Numbered from the stretch's first letter, positions 49,957 to 61,065 are shown. The stretch: DNA of 64,000 bases from an uncultured Gemella sp. (GCF_963519265.1 NZ_CAUQNQ010000003.1:7642-71641), one strand, 5' to 3'. Notes: a model not told the origin generated them from the sequence alone. Translations and numbers: made by a program.

Positions 49957-50940
49957 TTATCTAGTTCCTTCCTTAGTTAAAATTTTCTTTAATTTAATTA
50001 TTGGGATTAGTAACCTCGATTTATATAATGCATACTTGATAATTTTATCTTGTTTATATACTGCAGATATTCTTGCTTTAGAACATTTCAACTCAGATAG
50101 GATTTCTCTTTTTAAATCATCATCCTTATACGTTGATTTAGTATAATTAATTAATAATTGAACTAACATCATTTTATACCAAGTATCTATATTAGAAAGA
50201 TTTCTCTTGTTCATTTCCAAGTATCGTCTATTCACTTCATATATTTCTTTTGTGCTTACTAAATAATCAGTCATATTTTTTATCGTAGAGTTACTTGTAA
50301 TAGAGTTTGGATTCTCTAACCAATAATAATATAAAGTGTAATCAGTAACTACAATATTCTTAGCTTTAAAATAAAGTTTATATATAGTTGCTAAGTCTTC
50401 ATAATTTCTTCCCTCTGGAAATCTTACATCATCAAACAAATCCTTTTTATATAACTTATTACAAATAAAGAAATCTAATTCACCGGAGAATAATTTATCT
50501 ACATAGCTTAATAAATTACACTCATAACTATCTTTAATTTTATCATTCAATTTAATAATATTCTCCGTTTTTCTTTTAGCAAAACGAAGTTTAAAATTAA
50601 TAATATCACATCCTTTTTCTACATATTTATTCAATTTTTCTAGAGTATCTTCTGAAATCCAATCATCTGAATCAACAAACATGATATACTCTCCTGAAGC
50701 AATATCTAAACCTGCATTTCTAGCAGAAGATAATCCTCCATTAGCTTTATGAATAACCTTTATTCTACTATCAATTTCCTCATATTCATCACAGATTTCT
50801 CTACAGTTATCAGGACTACCATCATTAACCAATATTATTTCTGTATTCTTGTACGTCTGATTAACAATGCTGTCTATACATCTTCTTAGATACTTTTCAA
50901 CATTATATATTGGAATAATAATACTAATTTTTTTATGCAT
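49957..50940 (-). CDS. Glycosyltransferase family 2
   Basis: ISIIIPIYNVEKYL, NDGSPD, FVDSDD, YED. Confidence 0.9.
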   Translation of the reverse strand: MHKKISIIIPIYNVEKYLRRCIDSIVNQTYKNTEIILVNDGSPDNCREICDEYEEIDSRIKVIHKANGGLSSARNAGLDIASGEYIMFVDSDDWISEDTLEKLNKYVEKGCDIINFKLRFAKRKTENIIKLNDKIKDSYECNLLSYVDKLFSGELDFFICNKLYKKDLFDDVRFPEGRNYEDLATIYKLYFKAKNIVVTDYTLYYYWLENPNSITSNSTIKNMTDYLVSTKEIYEVNRRYLEMNKRNLSNIDTWYKMMLVQLLINYTKSTYKDDDLKREILSELKCSKARISAVYKQDKIIKYALYKSRLLIPIIKLKKILTKEGTR

Positions 50941-50952
50941 TCCCTCTCCTTA

Positions 50953-52227
50953 TTATATATCACTATTATATATATCCAGTAATTTTCTATAGTGTTCACT
51001 CATAGTTGGAAAATTCGTTATCTTATTAACTTTTATCATCTCGTTATTTAACTGTTCTGCTAAACATATATAATTAGTAAAAATATCTTCCTTCTCTAAA
51101 ATTTCTTTAGCCCCTACGCTATCACTAACAAATACCTTTACTCCAAACGATACCCCTTCTAAGACAATCAAGCCAAATGTTTCTTTCCACTTACTTGGAA
51201 CTATTAATACATCAATTTCAGAATAAACATCTCCACTTTTCTTACTATCAAACCTACCAAATTGTTTAATAGAATCTGGACATTTATTATTAGGCTTATG
51301 CCCATATGTTCTCACTTCATATTTATCTCTATCTAATAATTCAGCAAATTTTATAAAGTCAAAATATCCTTTATATTCTTTATCAGGCCCAATATAAGCA
51401 ATTACTGACTTTTTATTTTTCACTTTTTTTTCTATAAAGTTTTCCTTTTTTATATTATAATTTGTTACAGGAATAACTTCTAAGAAACTTGGTATTATTC
51501 CATTTTTCATGTACACATTTTTTGTCTGCGCACTATTAAAATGAAATATATCAATTAAATCAAAAACTGATTTATAATAGTTTTTTAACAAAGTAAAATC
51601 CTTGTATTCTCTAAACTGATTATTTTCAGGTTTCTCATTTTTTTTAATTCTTATAATAACTTTTCCTATTTTTCTAATTAAAGGATAATATTTACTTTGA
51701 AATAAATAAAGTTTTTTTATACTCATAGCATTTTGTGACATTAAATTCCATGACTCATTTGTATTTTTCTCATCAAAACTTACTCCATTAGCATAAAAGG
51801 TCGGATCTGGAGCTAATCCATAATAATCATGAGTAGTAAAAATCATTTTTATTTTTAACTGCTTAGCAACTTCAAAAAACTCTTTATGTATCCCCATCAG
51901 TGTGTGAATATGTATAATATCAGGTTTAACTTCTTTTAAAAATTCTAAATAGATACTTTTATCAATTTTCTCCATAAAGATATCAGGATTGGAAATACCT
52001 CCAAATAACGCTAGAGGTAATCCATTATTCAATTCATATTTTACTATCGTATTTTTGTTTTTTTTTCTTATATTAAAATTTCTATAAAAAATACTCTGTT
52101 TTCCTGGATACAAAACAAAAACTTCATTACCATTTTTCTGTTGTTCTTCCATCAAGTCTATAGAGTACTTTACTAATCCCCCTGTTCTATGTGGAGGGAA
52201 CCCTAAGGTATAATGAAGTATTCTCAT
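50953..52227 (-). CDS. Glycosyltransferase family 4
   Basis: LGFPPHRTGG, THDYY, YKG, PSKWKETFGLIVLE. Confidence 0.88.
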   Translation of the reverse strand: MRILHYTLGFPPHRTGGLVKYSIDLMEEQQKNGNEVFVLYPGKQSIFYRNFNIRKKNKNTIVKYELNNGLPLALFGGISNPDIFMEKIDKSIYLEFLKEVKPDIIHIHTLMGIHKEFFEVAKQLKIKMIFTTHDYYGLAPDPTFYANGVSFDEKNTNESWNLMSQNAMSIKKLYLFQSKYYPLIRKIGKVIIRIKKNEKPENNQFREYKDFTLLKNYYKSVFDLIDIFHFNSAQTKNVYMKNGIIPSFLEVIPVTNYNIKKENFIEKKVKNKKSVIAYIGPDKEYKGYFDFIKFAELLDRDKYEVRTYGHKPNNKCPDSIKQFGRFDSKKSGDVYSEIDVLIVPSKWKETFGLIVLEGVSFGVKVFVSDSVGAKEILEKEDIFTNYICLAEQLNNEMIKVNKITNFPTMSEHYRKLLDIYNSDI

Positions 52228-53393
52228 CCCCTAAACTCCTTCTCATACTCGTCAACTATATATTCCCAAGAAAATTGTTTCTTAATTCTCTCTTTAGCAT
52301 TCTCTTCAAGAATCTTTATCTTTTCTTCATCCAGCTTTTCAACTTCCTCTATAAGAATATGAAGATTGTCTTTTTCCCAGTATAAAGCTCCATTTTCTCC
52401 AACTTCTCTATTAAAGCCTACATCTAATAATAAGTTTAATCTAGTACTTCCTAAAGCTTCTAATAAAGATGGATTTGTTCCACCAACTTCATGCCCGTGG
52501 AAATAAGCAAAAGCATTTTCTCTTATATATTTTAGCAACTCTTGATCATATACAGTTCCAACAAATTTGATACGTGCATCTTTATCAAATCCTGTAGTCT
52601 CTTTTAACTTTTCATAAAATGAATTTTGTTCAACATTAGTTATTAATACGAAATCCTTTTTACTGTTAGATTTCATAAATTCTCTAATCATTGTTTCGTA
52701 GTTATTTTCTGGAACGAATCTTCCTACTACTAAGTAATAATCTTTTTCTTTAACATTCTTACTAGAAAACCACTCTCTAACTACTTCACTCTCACTTGTA
52801 AGAGTACTCTTATTCAAGTCTGTCCCATAGGCTATATAAGTTGTTTTCGGATTATATTTTTTATAATCTTCTTTAATGTATTTTTCTATATTTTTACTAT
52901 CACAAATAAGTTTATCTGCGTGTTTCACCATTAGACTCTCTGATATTTTCCAATATTTTCTAACTGGTAAACTCCATTTTTCTCTTAACCATTCATGCCC
53001 GTCTGGATTAACTAATAATACTCCACCTATTTTTTCAATTTTTTTCTTTAAGCGAGCTATAAAAGGTCCTATTCTACATGCGAGAACATAAAATATAGGT
53101 CTTTCATATTTTTCTTTTTCTGCTTTTTTTATCGCCCATTCTAATGCTTTTACATCATAATAAATTGCTTTTGCTGGTCCAATATTAGGTAAATCTATAG
53201 TGTAACAATTTGCTCCATTATGTACAAATTCTTTTTCTACAATCCCAGACTTATCACTATTTTCTTTTGTACATGCTACATGATATTGTATATTTTTGTC
53301 TTTTTGATTCTCTGTTAATTTCTCTATAAACGTTTCAAAACCACCATATTTGGCTGGTATACCTTTTGAACCTACTATAAAAATATGTTGCAT
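52224..53393 (-). CDS. wchF: Rhamnosyltransferase
   Basis: GSKGIPAKYGGFETF, NPDGHEW, GRFVPENN, HGHEVGGTNPSLLEA. Confidence 0.9.
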   Translation of the reverse strand: MQHIFIVGSKGIPAKYGGFETFIEKLTENQKDKNIQYHVACTKENSDKSGIVEKEFVHNGANCYTIDLPNIGPAKAIYYDVKALEWAIKKAEKEKYERPIFYVLACRIGPFIARLKKKIEKIGGVLLVNPDGHEWLREKWSLPVRKYWKISESLMVKHADKLICDSKNIEKYIKEDYKKYNPKTTYIAYGTDLNKSTLTSESEVVREWFSSKNVKEKDYYLVVGRFVPENNYETMIREFMKSNSKKDFVLITNVEQNSFYEKLKETTGFDKDARIKFVGTVYDQELLKYIRENAFAYFHGHEVGGTNPSLLEALGSTRLNLLLDVGFNREVGENGALYWEKDNLHILIEEVEKLDEEKIKILEENAKERIKKQFSWEYIVDEYEKEFRG

Positions 53394-53503
53394 TTTGATT
53401 TCTCACTTCCATTTTATCAATTTTTATGTTAATATATCCATATTCACTTATATAAGTCTGTGTTTTAGTTTGGCGACGGAACACAGTCTTTTTTATTTTA
53501 ATA

Positions 53504-53675
53504 AGAGCGACTCAAAAATCGTGATTTCATAGAAACAAGATTTTGTAGAGTCGCCCTCGCACACAGTTTATTGGATTTAAAAGTAGCCACTATAAAGCGA
53601 TTTTTGGAATCAACAAACTACTGAGTCCTAGTATAGTTCACAATGAATTCTACTATACTTTCGGTCAGTACTCCA
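53504..53675 (+). repeat. Dispersed MITE-like repeat between wchA and wchF
   Basis: GACTCAAAAATCGTGATTTC..GATTTTGTAGAGTCGCCCTCGCAC..CAGTTTATT. Confidence 0.75.
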
Positions 53676-53706
53676 CTCCCTATCATTCGTTTTTACTTTT
53701 CCTGTA

Positions 53707-55071
53707 TTACTTACTTCCCTCTCTTTTTAAGACAACCATTATAGTTTTAATTATAATTTTTATGTCCAGTCTTAGCGACCAATTTTCGATATATTTCATA
53801 TCTAGTTTAACTACTTCTTCAAAATCAAGGATGTTACTTCTTCCACTGACCTGCCACATTCCTGTAATACCCGGTTTTACCTGCATACGTTTGAAGTGAT
53901 GAAGGTCATACTGCGTATATTCATCAACTGTTGGAGGACGTGTCCCTACTACACTCATATCTCCTTTAAGTACGTTGATAAATTGTGGAAGTTCATCCAA
54001 TGACCAATCTCTTAACTTTTGTCCAAATGGAAAAACTCTAGGGTCATTTTCCATTTTAAACATTAATGTCGTCTCTAACTCGTTTTGACTAAGTAATTTT
54101 GCTTTCCTTTCCTCAGCGTCCATATACATACTTCTAAATTTATATATTTTGAACTTTTTACCATTTTGACCTATTCTCGTTTGAGTGAATATAAGTGGTC
54201 CTGGGGCTTGTTTTTTCACTATTGGTAGTATTATTATTGCAACAAGAATTGTTAATAGTATTCCCGCTATTGAAATTGCTATATCCATAACTCTCTTCAG
54301 AATTACCTGGCGCAGTGTTGCAATTTTTATAGCTGATGTTAGGTAAATATTATCCCCTTGGAAGGTAACCACTGTATTCGCCCCAACCTCTTTTATAATC
54401 GGGGTGATATTGATTTTTGTAGGTATACCAAGCACTTCAAAAATCTTAAAAATCTCGACCAAACTAGTCTGTGATGATAAATTGGCATATATTTCATCAA
54501 CCCTGTGACAAGATAAAAAATCTCTAATTTCACTTATATTATGAACTACAGGCTTATCATTATAAAAATCCTCTTTTGAAGTGTTAGCGTATGCCAACAC
54601 CTCATAATTATCTGGAAGTTCACCAATTGTACCTAAATCACAAAAGTCAGATAATATTATAATATTACGACTATCATCTCGATATTGATTATTTATTCTT
54701 TTAGAAATAGTTCTTACACAATAAATAAAAACAAAAGATAAAATTAAATAAATAATCCATTCAAAACTCTTCATCATGTCAAAGAAATCATTACTATTAA
54801 TTACCACTAAAAACAATGTGAATAATGAAACAACTTTTAGAACATATAACGATGTAGTCTTAACTTCCTTAAGATAACCTCGTTCAGATATTGTCCAGTA
54901 TTCTTCTGACATAAGCGCCACAAGAATACCGATAATATTCATAGCGATAAAGAAGTATAAGTTATCTTTTGATTTCGATTGAAAATCAAAACTAAGGATA
55001 TAGGCTAAAGATAAAGCTATTAAATCGGTCACCAAGAACAAAAACTTATTATTTCTTCTAATATAATACAT
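53707..55071 (-). CDS. wchA: Initiating glycosyl-1-phosphate transferase (CpsE)
   Basis: N-terminal TMs; IYKFRSM, DPRV, SLDELPQFINVLKGDMSVVGTRP, KPGITG. Confidence 0.9.
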   Translation of the reverse strand: MYYIRRNNKFLFLVTDLIALSLAYILSFDFQSKSKDNLYFFIAMNIIGILVALMSEEYWTISERGYLKEVKTTSLYVLKVVSLFTLFLVVINSNDFFDMMKSFEWIIYLILSFVFIYCVRTISKRINNQYRDDSRNIIILSDFCDLGTIGELPDNYEVLAYANTSKEDFYNDKPVVHNISEIRDFLSCHRVDEIYANLSSQTSLVEIFKIFEVLGIPTKINITPIIKEVGANTVVTFQGDNIYLTSAIKIATLRQVILKRVMDIAISIAGILLTILVAIIILPIVKKQAPGPLIFTQTRIGQNGKKFKIYKFRSMYMDAEERKAKLLSQNELETTLMFKMENDPRVFPFGQKLRDWSLDELPQFINVLKGDMSVVGTRPPTVDEYTQYDLHHFKRMQVKPGITGMWQVSGRSNILDFEEVVKLDMKYIENWSLRLDIKIIIKTIMVVLKREGSK

Positions 55072-55095
55072 CTTGTTCTCCTCTTAACTTAAGAT

Positions 55096-55800
55096 TTATT
55101 TTTTACCTTTTTTTCCGTGTTCTCCATAGCTACCATAGTGCCCATAGTATCCGCCATAACCAAGTTCATTTGAGCTAACTTTATTTAATATTACACCTAA
55201 GAATTCTGCTCCACCTTTTTCTAGTTGTTCTTTACATTTTTCTAGAGTTTTTTTCTTAACTTTGTTCGCTTCTACTACCATAACTACCCCATCAGTTTTA
55301 GGAGCTACGATAGCCGCGTCTATTACCTGACCAACTGGTGGTGTATCGATAATTACATAGTCGTAATATTCTCTGAATACTTCAATCATAATGTTGAAGT
55401 TCTTGTTTTGTAGTAGTCCTGTTGGATTCGGTGGTACTTGACCAGCTGGAATAACATTAAGATGTTCTACATCAGTTTCATAAATAACGTCCTCTATTGG
55501 AGATACCCCTGATAGGTAATTTGATAATCCGCTAATTTTGTGTTTAAATTTAAAACGTCCTGCCATAACTGATTTACGCGTATCGGCATCAACTAACATA
55601 GTTTTTAATCCTAGCTTCGCTAATGAGATTGCTAAGTTAGTCGATACAGTACTCTTTCCTTCATTCTCTGAAGTTGACGTTATCGCGATTACTTTTTTGT
55701 CTTTCCCTAAAAATTGGATATTTGTACGTAAGGTGTTAAAATATTCATCATTTTTAGGATCTACTATTTTTTGGTTTGTTAGTAAATTAATTTGTGCCAT
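55096..55800 (-). CDS. wze: Capsule tyrosine kinase (CpsD)
   Basis: Walker A EGKST, DADTR, IIDTPP, C-terminal YGx tyrosine cluster. Confidence 0.94.
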   Translation of the reverse strand: MAQINLLTNQKIVDPKNDEYFNTLRTNIQFLGKDKKVIAITSTSENEGKSTVSTNLAISLAKLGLKTMLVDADTRKSVMAGRFKFKHKISGLSNYLSGVSPIEDVIYETDVEHLNVIPAGQVPPNPTGLLQNKNFNIMIEVFREYYDYVIIDTPPVGQVIDAAIVAPKTDGVVMVVEANKVKKKTLEKCKEQLEKGGAEFLGVILNKVSSNELGYGGYYGHYGSYGEHGKKGKK

Positions 55801-55811
55801 GTATTTTCACC

Positions 55812-56510
55812 TTATCTCTTTCCTGTTTTTGTATCTGGAACTACACCTAAAAGCACTAATCCCATTGTTTCTTCAATATCTTCTGCTCGTTTAACTCTAT
55901 CATCTAGTAACTCAAATAACACTACTCCAGCTACAGCTAAGATAAATCCTAATGCTGTCGCTAAAATTCCATTTCTAGGAATGTTTGGAGAACTTGGAGA
56001 GTTAGCTGCTTTGGCTTCTTCTAATGTTGTTACATCATCAATTTTCGTTACTTCTTTGATTTGGTCTGCTGATACCTCTTTTACAGTATTCGCTAAATCA
56101 CTCGCAACTTGTGGGTCTTTATCTTGCACAGTGATTGAGATAATACGTGTATCCTTTGGTGCTTCTACGCTAACTTTTTTCGCTAATTGTTTTGCTGTAA
56201 GATTTGTCCCACTTTTATCTGCCACTTCTTCCATAACTCTGTTAGAAAGAATAATCTCTTTATAGTCTTTTACTAATAGTGAACCTAATTGAACGTCTTG
56301 TGTTGTGATTGCTTTATCATCTTTCTTTTGGTTAACTACGTACACTTTCGTAGTAGATGAATATTGTGGAGTCACTAAGAAAATACTATAAGCTAATGAT
56401 GCCGCCGTGAATAGTAATGTTACTAATACTATTAATACCTTCTTCTCCCAAATTCTTCTTAACAGTAGCATAATATCTAACTGTATTAAATCTTTTTCTT
56501 GATTATCCAT
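55812..56510 (-). CDS. wzd: Chain-length regulator (CpsC)
   Basis: Two TMs, TPQYSSTT, PSSPN. Confidence 0.92.
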   Translation of the reverse strand: MDNQEKDLIQLDIMLLLRRIWEKKVLIVLVTLLFTAASLAYSIFLVTPQYSSTTKVYVVNQKKDDKAITTQDVQLGSLLVKDYKEIILSNRVMEEVADKSGTNLTAKQLAKKVSVEAPKDTRIISITVQDKDPQVASDLANTVKEVSADQIKEVTKIDDVTTLEEAKAANSPSSPNIPRNGILATALGFILAVAGVVLFELLDDRVKRAEDIEETMGLVLLGVVPDTKTGKR

Positions 56511-56529
56511 TATAATATTTATCCTCTCT

Positions 56530-57273
56530 TTATATTATTTTATTCATTAGTAATTTTTCTTGATTTTTTTCGAATAGTTCGTAAGCTATTGTTGGTCCGT
56601 ATTTTTTCTCGATAATATCATATGCTTCTTTCATATACGTTCTTCGAGTGTCCATATTGTGCATATCACTAGCGATGAAATGAACTAATTCTTCATCTAA
56701 GTACTTTTTAGCGCGTTTTTTATAGTGTTTGTGTTTATCACCAAGTAATTTTGGTTTTAAAACACTTGCTGCATTCACTTGGATGTAAGCACCCATATTT
56801 ATTAGCTCCTGAACACCTTTTTCATCTACATCATTGTATCTTTCAACATGTGCTACTACTGGTGTTAATCCAAGTAGTATAACCTTGTTCAATGCTCTAT
56901 GAATCTCTTTATAACGCATTTCATAAGGAAATTCTACAAGTACATAGTCCGTCTCCGCTAATCGAGGGTATTCCCCACTTTCAATCTTAGCGATTTCCCC
57001 TTCTTTGTAGTAGATTTCGCTACCTAAGTAGACTCTTAGATCTTCCGCTACTTCAGTGGCGATTTCTTCTACTCGTTTGAAGTTTTCTCTTATTATTTCT
57101 ATGTCTGTTTCGAACATCCCGCGTCTTCTGTGAGGTGTTGCGATAATAGTTCTAACACCTTGTCTATAACTTTCTTCTAGTAAATCACGAGTATCTTTTT
57201 CAGTTTTTGCACCGTCATCTACTCCGAAGACAACATGGGAATGTATGTCTATCATTCTAATTGCGTCTCTCAT
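56530..57273 (-). CDS. wzh: PHP-family phosphotyrosine phosphatase (CpsB)
   Basis: DIHSH..DDG, ATPH, AHVERY, ASDMHN. Confidence 0.94.
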   Translation of the reverse strand: MRDAIRMIDIHSHVVFGVDDGAKTEKDTRDLLEESYRQGVRTIIATPHRRRGMFETDIEIIRENFKRVEEIATEVAEDLRVYLGSEIYYKEGEIAKIESGEYPRLAETDYVLVEFPYEMRYKEIHRALNKVILLGLTPVVAHVERYNDVDEKGVQELINMGAYIQVNAASVLKPKLLGDKHKHYKKRAKKYLDEELVHFIASDMHNMDTRRTYMKEAYDIIEKKYGPTIAYELFEKNQEKLLMNKII

Positions 57274-58743
57274 CTACTTACCTTCTAATACTTCTTTAAT
57301 ATTTTCTGTAACTTCTCGTAAACTTTGTTCACTAATCTGTGTCATGTATAAATTTGCCCCTGGCATCGCATATGAAGGTAATCCCATACTTCCTGTTCCT
57401 GTTAATGCTTGTGAAGTTACATTATAATCTTTACCTGCACTAAGCTGCTCATTCGCAAGTCCCATAGCTGTTTCTATCGGCATGTTTGTCTGAATTGACT
57501 CGCTTAATTCTTTAATAACGCTTTGGTAATTTGATAAACCTTCTTTCGAAGTCAACTTTTTAATTATTGCCGTAATAACTTTTTCTTGGTTTTTACCTCG
57601 GTCATTATCTCCACCAGAAAGTCCATATCGTTCACGGACGAATCCTAATGCTTTTTCAGCATCTAAGTGAACTAACCCTTGAGAGAAGCTATATTTACCA
57701 TGAAGTGATGTAAACGCCTGATCATTATACACATCTACCCCACCAACTGTATCAATAAGTTTTAGGAATGATGTGAAATTAAGTCTAGCGTAGTAATCTA
57801 TCTTAATACCATATAGATTTTCTAGCGTATGGATCGAAGAATCTACCCCATACAGACCTGCATGTGTAAGTTTGTCGTATTGGTTATTACCACCATCAGC
57901 GACTTTTACATAAGAATCACGTGGTGTTGTCGTTAATAAGATTTTACCAGTTTTTTTGTTTACTGTCATAATAATATTAACATCTGAACGACTAACACTA
58001 GATACCGGTCCATACGTGTCAATACCACTTATGTAGACGTTGAAAGTATCACCTGCATTTTGTTTTGCTTTCGCATTTACTGATTTTGTTATTTTAAATT
58101 CATAGATTTTTTTCGTTTTATCTTTAAAATCTGCATGTTGGCTAGTAATAAGATCTTCGAATGAGCTGTTAAGTATCATCGCTCTGCTAGTTCCTGCGGC
58201 TAATTCTTCGTAAGCTGAGATATAGTTTTTAGATTCCGCAAGGTTTAGACTTTGTTTTTCTTTATCGCGAATCTCTTTCATCAACTTATTAATATTTTCA
58301 CCATCTGCAGATACTGGAGCTGCTACTGACTCTCCATTTAAGTCGGAAAGTTTTTCAGCTGCATCGTTTTTCATAACAACAACACTCATCGTGTACTCAC
58401 TCACCGCCGCATTACTATTTAAGTTGTCGAATAAGCCGATTGCCGTTCTAAACTGCATGTAAGAAAATACCAAGGCTATATTCATAACAATCAACATTAT
58501 CGTATTGAATATTCTCGCTTTTTTCTTAATTACGAGGAATATCGAAAGTATTATTGCTAAGATTATTACTCCGATTATCCCGTAGTTGATACCTCTAAAA
58601 TTTAGAAAGTCGTATTTTAGCATCGTCCAACTTACTAATCCTCCAAGTATAATTAGTAAGACTGTTAATATCCCATTAACGATTTCGAAAGCACCTATAC
58701 TATCCTCGTGTCTTCTATTTCGACTACTTGAATTTCTTCTCAT
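57274..58743 (-). CDS. wzg: LCP family protein (CpsA)
   Basis: Three TMs; SGIDTYG..SRSDVNI, TPRDSYV, DKLTHAG, FVRERY. Confidence 0.94.
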   Translation of the reverse strand: MRRNSSSRNRRHEDSIGAFEIVNGILTVLLIILGGLVSWTMLKYDFLNFRGINYGIIGVIILAIILSIFLVIKKKARIFNTIMLIVMNIALVFSYMQFRTAIGLFDNLNSNAAVSEYTMSVVVMKNDAAEKLSDLNGESVAAPVSADGENINKLMKEIRDKEKQSLNLAESKNYISAYEELAAGTSRAMILNSSFEDLITSQHADFKDKTKKIYEFKITKSVNAKAKQNAGDTFNVYISGIDTYGPVSSVSRSDVNIIMTVNKKTGKILLTTTPRDSYVKVADGGNNQYDKLTHAGLYGVDSSIHTLENLYGIKIDYYARLNFTSFLKLIDTVGGVDVYNDQAFTSLHGKYSFSQGLVHLDAEKALGFVRERYGLSGGDNDRGKNQEKVITAIIKKLTSKEGLSNYQSVIKELSESIQTNMPIETAMGLANEQLSAGKDYNVTSQALTGTGSMGLPSYAMPGANLYMTQISEQSLREVTENIKEVLEGK

Positions 58744-59599
58744 TTCTCTCCATCCTCTTCAATTTATAAAATTTACTAATACAGCTTAGATTTAATTTCT
58801 CCTCACTGTCTATTAATTCTCCATCAATTTGAAAGTATCTCTGATTTGTCTTTATAGTTAATCTATCCGTCGTTATTTGTTTAACTTTCCTCAGTTTATT
58901 ATGTTTTTTAAAAAGTAGACATACATAATTATAAATAAAAGTTATTAAAGACATATTTTCCATTATCATGACGTGAAGTTTTCCATCTTGACCTGTCGCC
59001 TGCGGGGCGAATTTTATCCCGCCACCTTCATAAGGTTGAATCATCGCGTTAAGCAAATACAACTTGTTGGTCGTGATTTCTCCGTCGTCCCATGAAATTT
59101 CCGCTTTATATCTTTTCAACATTAAAATACCTATTACTCCTTCGAGAAGATAGATATGCTTTCCTAGATATTTCTTCATCTTTGAGCCATTAGCTCTCTT
59201 AATAACGTCAGCATTAAACCCGATATCAAATCCCGAACAGAATTTTCTATCATTAACAATACCTACATCATATTCAATAAACTTTTTTGAATCTAATAAT
59301 CGACTTATTTCAACATCCTTTTTGAACCTTATAGATCTCGCAAGATCATTCCCCGAACCATACGCAAGATAAATAATCTCTTTTCCATGATAGTTATTTA
59401 TCACTTCGTTAATAGTTCCATCGCCTCCGATGACTATCAACTCATTTCCACGAACTTCATTCATCAAACTATTTGCATTTTTATTTTTTGAAGTTTTCAA
59501 CACCTTGTAAGGCAACTTCTTTTCTTGTAAAACTTGTTCTATTTTATCGAGTTCAATAAGACTTTTCTTACTTCTAGAATTAACTATTATTTCAATCAT
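58724..59599 (-). CDS. Diacylglycerol/lipid kinase family protein
   Basis: IGGDGTINEVIN, GSGNDLAR, GFDIGF, YEGGG, QIDGE. Confidence 0.9.
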   Translation of the reverse strand: MIEIIVNSRSKKSLIELDKIEQVLQEKKLPYKVLKTSKNKNANSLMNEVRGNELIVIGGDGTINEVINNYHGKEIIYLAYGSGNDLARSIRFKKDVEISRLLDSKKFIEYDVGIVNDRKFCSGFDIGFNADVIKRANGSKMKKYLGKHIYLLEGVIGILMLKRYKAEISWDDGEITTNKLYLLNAMIQPYEGGGIKFAPQATGQDGKLHVMIMENMSLITFIYNYVCLLFKKHNKLRKVKQITTDRLTIKTNQRYFQIDGELIDSEEKLNLSCISKFYKLKRMERNEKKFK

Positions 59600-59934
59600 A
59601 TTCCAATCCTATACAGAAAATACTTTATCTTAATAATTATACTATAAAAAGCAATATTTATCAAAGATTTATCTACTTAAAACCTTTTAAAACAATAGAA
59701 TTCTTTAGTTTTCACTGACTATTTCTATCTATTATGATTTATTAGTAAAGTTTAGTTATATAAAATTATTTTTTATATTTAGATAATCTCCACATTAAAT
59801 TTAATTTTAACTTTTATAAACGATTTCTCAGCAAAAAACTATTTCAAATAAAAAAACTATCCTATCTTTAGCGCATGAAGACAGTTTTAATCTTCGATGG
59901 TGCACATTCGATAAAATAGTTTATTGATTTCCTA

Positions 59935-60107
59935 GGGAGTGACTCAAAAATCGTGATTTCGTAGAAATCGATTTTGTCGAGTCGTCCCCGCACAGTTTAT
60001 TAGATATCTAAAAAGCTTTCATAAAGCGAATTTAGATATCAATAAACCACTGCGTCTATGAGTTATCATATACACTTTTTTAAATTTAGACCTTTTAGGT
60101 CAGCCCC
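59935..60107 (+). repeat. Dispersed MITE-like repeat, full copy
   Basis: GGGAGTGACTCAAAAATCGTGATTTCGTAGAAATCGATTTTGTCGAGTCGTCCCCGCACAG.. with internal hairpins. Confidence 0.85.
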
Positions 60108-60614
60108 TTACATATACTCTAGTCTCTCTATCTCTGGTTTTTCAGAAGTTGTTTGTGTGAAATCTGAGTTATCGGTGTTTTTTGGCGCTCTTCTCACAAA
60201 TAGCATAACTGCCACTACAAAGTATAATAAGTACACAGGAATTAGAACACCCGCTGTCATTAGTCCAACTAACACTGCTGATATTAGGAATAAAATTCCT
60301 GAAACGATTCTTGCTCTCATAGTAAATGATGCTATCAAAGCAATCACTAACGCAATTATCGCCACTACTGCGTATACTTTCACCGCAGTCACAAAAAGTG
60401 TTGTTATAGACATTCCTGAGCTTGCAAGAAATGCAGAAATCCCCTGATCTGATGCTAAGGTACTTAACATAGATTCAAGCTGTGGTTGTTGTAGTGCTGT
60501 TTCTAACTGACTAGAAAACGCTCCAAGAGATACTAATCCTGTCATAAGCATCATAATAACATTCGCTATCCAAGCTAATATTTTTTCAATTTTTCTACTA
60601 AATGGTTTCATCAA
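60108..60614 (-). CDS. Membrane protein, DUF4064-like
   Basis: FSRKIEKILAWIAN, about 4 TMs, AVMLFVRR. Confidence 0.7.
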   Translation of the reverse strand: MMKPFSRKIEKILAWIANVIMMLMTGLVSLGAFSSQLETALQQPQLESMLSTLASDQGISAFLASSGMSITTLFVTAVKVYAVVAIIALVIALIASFTMRARIVSGILFLISAVLVGLMTAGVLIPVYLLYFVVAVMLFVRRAPKNTDNSDFTQTTSEKPEIERLEYM

Positions 60615-60664
60615 ATTCTCCTTTGGTTAATATTATTGTTTTGATTATACCATAAATTACCATA

Positions 60665-60836
60665 GGAGGTGATTTAAAAGTCATAATTTTTAGAAAAAGT
60701 ATATATAAAAACTCATAGGAACAGTATTTACTGATATATAAATTCGTTTTATAACAGCTTTTTAAATATCTAATAAACCTACAGGGCCTCGACAAAACCT
60801 TGTTTCTCCAAAAGCATGATTTTTGATTCACTCCCC
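60665..60836 (-). repeat. Dispersed MITE-like repeat, diverged inverted copy
   Basis: Reverse complement begins GGGGAGTGAATCAAAAAATCATGC..GGTTTTGTCGAG. Confidence 0.7.
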
Positions 60837-61065
60837 TACTTTATTAATCATTTTTTATAAAAATATATTGGAAATTCTTTCTGTTTATATGATAAATAAA
60901 CTAATAGAACATATCTTATCATATTTTTCCTTTTTCTCTACTTAAAACACTATCACTTTTCATTCACATAACCTCTATTTTCACATCTATTTCCTTGACT
61001 ACAATTAAATCTTTTCATATAATTTCAGAGAACATTTAATTAACATCGTATACTGGAGGTTTTTC

